Origin: an uncultured Dehalococcoidia bacterium
Lineage (GTDB): Bacteria > Chloroflexota > Dehalococcoidia > Lucifugimonadales > UBA3495
Direction of reading: 5' to 3'
DNA length: 64,000 nt
Assembly (NCBI GenBank): GCA_964587795.1
Contig: CAZPMU010000004.1
Coordinates: 15,142-79,141 of the forward strand
Below, in pieces: positions 60,155-64,000 of this stretch; position 1 is the stretch's first letter, and each line of letters begins with the position of its first letter. A model generated the notes under the pieces. It was not told the origin of the DNA and did no database searches. It was given only the letters and a program-made list of their open reading frames with translations. Made by a program: the position numbers and the translations under genes.

Positions 60155-60850
60155 CTAGTCCCGAAGGGGCGGCAGCACTGCAGTGATCCACGGAATGAGG
60201 TCGCGCAACACCTCAAAGGGAATTTCGTGCCCCATGTTGTATTCCCGGTAGTCGGGCTGATAGCCCTCAGCCTCCAGAAAGGCGCGGGTTGATCGGGCGG
60301 CTTCGACGTCAATCTGCATATCCCGGGTGCCGTGGGCCACGAAAATGGGCTGGGTCCTGGCCTCGGGGAGCTTGGGCCGCAGAACTTCCGGATCGAAAAC
60401 CGCCGCGCTGAGGGGTACCAGCCCGGCAAAGAGTTCAGGCTGTCCCAGTCCGCATCGGTAGGTCATGGTGCCGCCCTGGGAGAAGCCGAGTAGAACAACC
60501 CGACCCCGAGTTGCGTTCAGTTTCTCGAAAATCTCCTCGAAGCAATCTTCCAGCAGGGACTCAGAACTTTCCCGCGCGGCCTGGACCTCTTCGGGTGTCG
60601 CCACGTTCTGGCGGGGCATCCAGCCGTAGCCGGTGTAGCCGCCGCCAAAATCGAAAGACAGGGGAGCGTTGGGGCAGGCATATACGTAACCCTTGTCCTC
60701 AATGGCGGGAGCAAGGCCGGCCAAGTCTCCCATGTGGGCGCCGAAACCGTGGAGCATTATCACCAGGGGATAACTCACGGCAGGATCGTAGTCGTCCGGG
60801 AGCACCGTCAGGAATGGCAGGCTCCGGCCATCGTGTCTTTCCGTCTTCAT
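60155..60850 (-). CDS. Phospholipase/carboxylesterase family alpha/beta hydrolase
   Basis: LHGFGAH, GFSQGG nucleophile elbow, HGTRD, GHEI. Confidence 0.8.
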   Translation of the reverse strand: MKTERHDGRSLPFLTVLPDDYDPAVSYPLVIMLHGFGAHMGDLAGLAPAIEDKGYVYACPNAPLSFDFGGGYTGYGWMPRQNVATPEEVQAARESSESLLEDCFEEIFEKLNATRGRVVLLGFSQGGTMTYRCGLGQPELFAGLVPLSAAVFDPEVLRPKLPEARTQPIFVAHGTRDMQIDVEAARSTRAFLEAEGYQPDYREYNMGHEIPFEVLRDLIPWITAVLPPLRD

Positions 60851-60917
60851 GCCAATATCTCCTCAAGCAGGTGGAAACCTGCAACATCCTAACACCCGGT
60901 TGCAGCAATACCAACCC

Positions 60918-61901
60918 TTACCGGACGTATCCCTGGGCAAAACCCTGCCGGAACGAGTCAATGGCTCCCGCACCCAGCTTGCCGGCAGCCTGCTGCAGTC
61001 CCTCTTCCGTAAAGCGCAGGTCGCGAGCCACAATATTCTCCGTGGAACCTCCCGCCAGACACTGTCGATACATGGCCAGGAAGCGGCCTAACTCACTTCC
61101 CCGAAGACCCATGCGGGCAACCAACCGGTATTCGGGCGTGGTTCGCGCCAGATTGAAAACTTCTTCCATTTCCAGGTCGGGAAACCTGTCCAACAGCACG
61201 GACACACCAAAGTCAATTAGCCTGCAGTTAGGCGACAGACCAGGCTGGGTCGAATCCGGCAACTGCACCAGCAAATGGGAACGCCCCTCGGGGTCGGAAA
61301 GGGTCGCATCGTTATAGCAGATGCCCGCGCGGTGCAGGGCCGCCAACATGGACCCCAAATTACGGCCTATGCGCCAGACCAAATCATCATCGACCTCGCC
61401 GGGAGCAAAGTCCGTGAAAAACCGGCCATCCACCAGCTCTTCAACCAGGAATCCATCTACCGATGCCAATTGCCTGGGGCCTACCCCAGCTTCCGCTGCC
61501 AGTTGGGCAATCTCCGCCTCTCGCCGGTTCTGCAGCGGTTTGACCGCCAGGCCTTCGCCATCAGAAAACCGGAACAGGGCCACGCGGCCTCGGGTTCGGC
61601 CATCAAACCAGACCAGGGGCAGTTCACCCTGCTGGTACAGGCGGGAGTAAATTGGAGGGAAGAAGGAATACCAAGAGTAATCCAATACTATGGGATCGGC
61701 CTCTAGTTTGCCGAACAGGTGGGCATCAAAGTCGTTGCCGTCGCCCGATGACACCAGAGTCCAGAAAGGAGCCAGGCTCTCAGGACATTGACCAGATTCA
61801 ACGGCCCGGGCCGTCTCCCGCATTACGTCTTCGGGCAGGGACCGGAGTCCTTCGATTATGGACCGAAGGCGGGTCAGCTCATTGTGATTATAGTCCGGCA
61901 T
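60918..61901 (-). CDS. Atypical protein kinase-like fold protein (RIO/Bud32/Kdo-like)
   Basis: LAVKPL (Lys), EAEIAQLA (Glu), HRAGICYNDATLSD (catalytic-loop-like), RLIDFGVS (DFG). Confidence 0.5.
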   Translation of the reverse strand: MPDYNHNELTRLRSIIEGLRSLPEDVMRETARAVESGQCPESLAPFWTLVSSGDGNDFDAHLFGKLEADPIVLDYSWYSFFPPIYSRLYQQGELPLVWFDGRTRGRVALFRFSDGEGLAVKPLQNRREAEIAQLAAEAGVGPRQLASVDGFLVEELVDGRFFTDFAPGEVDDDLVWRIGRNLGSMLAALHRAGICYNDATLSDPEGRSHLLVQLPDSTQPGLSPNCRLIDFGVSVLLDRFPDLEMEEVFNLARTTPEYRLVARMGLRGSELGRFLAMYRQCLAGGSTENIVARDLRFTEEGLQQAAGKLGAGAIDSFRQGFAQGYVR

Positions 61902-61986
61902 TGCAGCCTTGCTTCAATATCCCATAGAGGCGGGGAGCGGAAAGGGGTCGAGACCGATCCAGCCATCCGAACGGCTGTCAACAGCA

Positions 61987-62325
61987 TCAGTGATCGGAGA
62001 GACCGTAGCCACCCTTGCCGTCAGGACTGACACGCCACACCATCACAACGGCGCTCATATTAAGCGGTCCGTAAATGTGGGGATAAATTTCGCCCGACCG
62101 GCTGGGATCGGGAACGACCGGATAGTCCAACTTCTCTGTGTCCACTTCCAGGGCGAGCATATCAGTGCGATCCGAGTAAAGACGCGCCACCACCCTCAAC
62201 GCCTGCTCCTCATCCCTGGAACAGTGGATAAACCCCTCCTCGTCGAGGCTGTCCGGGCGCCAGTGAAGGGCGCCGCGCGTCTTCTCCCAGTCTCGCTCAG
62301 CCATCAGGTGAAATATCCGTGACAT
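61987..62325 (-). CDS. DUF952 family protein
   Basis: FIHCS...LALEVD...GEIYPHIYGPLN pattern. Confidence 0.65.
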   Translation of the reverse strand: MSRIFHLMAERDWEKTRGALHWRPDSLDEEGFIHCSRDEEQALRVVARLYSDRTDMLALEVDTEKLDYPVVPDPSRSGEIYPHIYGPLNMSAVVMVWRVSPDGKGGYGLSDH

Positions 62326-62404
62326 AATGCGCCCCCTGCAAGAAAGCGATCCGGTGGGTATTGTTTCCGAGTAGGAAAATAGATTAGCACAGGACGGGCC
62401 ACAG

Positions 62405-62430
62405 AAAAACCGCCCGACAAAATCGGGCGG
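62405..62430 (-). terminator. Intrinsic terminator downstream of the cytochrome oxidase genes
   Basis: On the minus strand: CCGCCCGA-TTTTG-TCGGGCGG followed by TTTTT. Confidence 0.7.
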
Positions 62431-62486
62431 TCAAGGATCCGTACTTGGCATGGGCCAGCGTCCCAAGAAGGGACAGGGTAATATTA

Positions 62487-63296
62487 CTATTTTTGCTCCA
62501 AGAGGAAGGCAACCAGCGCGTCCACGTCTCCGTCGGTCAGCCCCGAAGTCAAAGCGGTCAACATCAAACCCGGCACCGCCCTTTCGACACCCTCCGCCAC
62601 AAAGCCCTCCGGCTCAGTAATTGAGAGTCTCAAATATTCCTCAGCGGACACTCCTGGCTGCCGATTGGCCGCATCGGCGCCAATGTTAGACAGGTCGGGA
62701 CCCAGCAAACCAGTGGCGCCTTCCAAGCCGGCTATAGTGTGGCAAGTGTAGCATCCAGTTGCGGTACCTTCACCCTGTCCGGTGAGGAAAATCTGTTGTC
62801 CAATATCCACCAGCGCGCCAGCCGCTACCGCAGGGGCCGCATCCGTAGCCGGTGCGGGGGTCGGAGGGGCTCCGCCTTCCGGCGTTGGCGTCGGGAGGGG
62901 TGTCGGTGTTGGCTTGTACTCCAAACACACATAGTCGTGGTCGAACGTGCAGGGTATGGCATTCTCAGCGGCATAAGATCTAGGCGACGGGGTCCAGGAG
63001 AGGAACAGCGCCACCAGTGCAAACACTACAGCGAAGCCGAGAGCCAATCCGCCAAGGAACACCCAGGTCAGCAGCCGGTTATCAAACTTCAGGTGCATGT
63101 AGAAGAAAATAACGGCGGCAAACTTGATCGCCGACAGAATAGCCAGCGGAGCAATCGTCCAGCCCGCTCCGCGGAAGTCCACAGGCAGGATTATCACGAA
63201 CTCAACAATAGTTACGACAAACAGGAATATGGCAATCCACACATACTGTTTGAGCGTAGGGTGGCGGGATTCGTGAACCCCGGGGTCGCTGCTCAT
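62487..63296 (-). CDS. Cytochrome c oxidase subunit IV (prokaryotic CtaF/CoxD type) fused to a C-terminal class I cytochrome c domain
   Basis: N-terminal HPTLKQYVWIAIFLFVVTIVEF...FFYMHLKF three-TM COX4_pro pattern. Pro/Thr linker. C-terminal CYTCHT heme motif. Confidence 0.7.
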   Translation of the reverse strand: MSSDPGVHESRHPTLKQYVWIAIFLFVVTIVEFVIILPVDFRGAGWTIAPLAILSAIKFAAVIFFYMHLKFDNRLLTWVFLGGLALGFAVVFALVALFLSWTPSPRSYAAENAIPCTFDHDYVCLEYKPTPTPLPTPTPEGGAPPTPAPATDAAPAVAAGALVDIGQQIFLTGQGEGTATGCYTCHTIAGLEGATGLLGPDLSNIGADAANRQPGVSAEEYLRLSITEPEGFVAEGVERAVPGLMLTALTSGLTDGDVDALVAFLLEQK

Positions 63297-63309
63297 GCGC
63301 CGTATCTCC

Positions 63310-63990
63310 TTAGTTCAGTCCCAGAAAACCAGTGATCGAATGAGGAACCAGGGACGGGTCACCGGCCGGACCGGTATCGAACCCACCAATCAGGTACAGC
63401 AAGGTGAAAATCACGATCCACACGATATCGACAAAGTGCCAATACAGGCCGGCCAGCTCAACGTCGAGCGCAGTCTTCGGACCCAACCTGCCTTTTTTGG
63501 CAATCCAGGCCAGACCCAACAGCCAAACAATGCCCAGAGTCACGTGGGCGCCGTGGAATCCGGTCAGGGTGAAGAAAGTCGTACCAAACAGGTTGGTGTC
63601 TATGCGCAGACCTTCACTCTTGAACAGGTTGAACTCGTAAACCTGGAAGCCGATGAAAATGGCGCCAAGGATGGCCGTAGCAAGAAGCCAGAAGATTATG
63701 GCCCCCTGCCGGTCCTCGTTGGTAGCCGCCAGGGCCCGCACCATGGCGAAACTGCTGCACAGCAGCACGAAGGTGCTGATAGTAGTAATAGGAACGTCAA
63801 TTATGTCAACCGGGTAGGGTCCAACAAGGCTCTGGCCCCGGTACACCATGTACGTCGCGATAAGAGAGCCGAAAAACAGGCAGTCCGACGACAGGAACAC
63901 CCACATCAACAACTTGCGGTTGTTGATACCCGTAGTAGTCGGGTGTTCCTCCTCGGGAGCGTGATGGCTCATTTCCGTGTGCTGGGCCAA
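63310..63990 (-). CDS. ctaE: Cytochrome c oxidase subunit III
   Basis: FGSLIATYMVYR, TGFHGAHVTLGIVWL, LYWHFVDIVWIVIF. Start uncertain (TTG 63990 or ATG 63972). Confidence 0.85.
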   Translation of the reverse strand: MAQHTEMSHHAPEEEHPTTTGINNRKLLMWVFLSSDCLFFGSLIATYMVYRGQSLVGPYPVDIIDVPITTISTFVLLCSSFAMVRALAATNEDRQGAIIFWLLATAILGAIFIGFQVYEFNLFKSEGLRIDTNLFGTTFFTLTGFHGAHVTLGIVWLLGLAWIAKKGRLGPKTALDVELAGLYWHFVDIVWIVIFTLLYLIGGFDTGPAGDPSLVPHSITGFLGLN

Positions 63991-64000
63991 CTCTACCCCT

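Noticed and set aside
1-64000. CRISPR arrays, rRNA genes, IS elements, prophage genes
   Set aside because: No regularly spaced direct repeats, no rRNA-like sequence, and no transposase, integrase or capsid-like translations were found in any frame.

Overview
High-GC (about 60%), densely coding bacterial chromosomal segment with GGAGG-type ribosome binding sites. The gene content is dominated by tandem paralog pairs of catabolic enzymes: four family III (CaiB/BaiF) CoA-transferases, two amidohydrolase-2 decarboxylase-like proteins, two PAL-like NHL propellers, a split MaoC hot-dog hydratase, SDRs, several alpha/beta hydrolases, a Baeyer-Villiger monooxygenase and carboxymuconolactone-decarboxylase-family proteins. 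This resembles marine Chloroflexota (SAR202-like) organoheterotrophs, but the taxonomy is inference only. The window opens in a replication cluster (3' part of dnaB, a DnaD-domain protein, a tandem-duplicated DnaC/DnaI-like loader). It ends in a caa3-type cytochrome oxidase operon (subunit III; subunit IV fused to a cytochrome c domain). There are four tRNAs: Met(CAU), and an Ala(CGC)-Arg(CCU)-Trp(CCA) cluster. The main feature is a single 10.4-kb type I polyketide synthase gene (18374..28744) with domain order KS-AT-DH-cMT-ER-KR-ACP-KS-vestigial AT. It has no terminal carrier or release domain. The KR has His in place of the catalytic Tyr, and the second AT has lost its Ser/His region. The PKS lies between two roughly 540-bp direct repeats. 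The left repeat abuts tRNA-Met and is a 5'-truncated, frameshifted copy of the cytochrome c gene; the intact copy, at the right repeat, is translationally coupled to the BVMO. This geometry suggests acquisition by recombination. Other items worth a second look: a B12-binding radical-SAM-like protein with no CxxxCxxC motif, a decayed HicB/HicA pair, two families of short GC-rich intergenic palindromes, and an orphan 660-aa lipoprotein in an operon with a dual-specificity phosphatase. No CRISPR array, integrase or transposase was seen.
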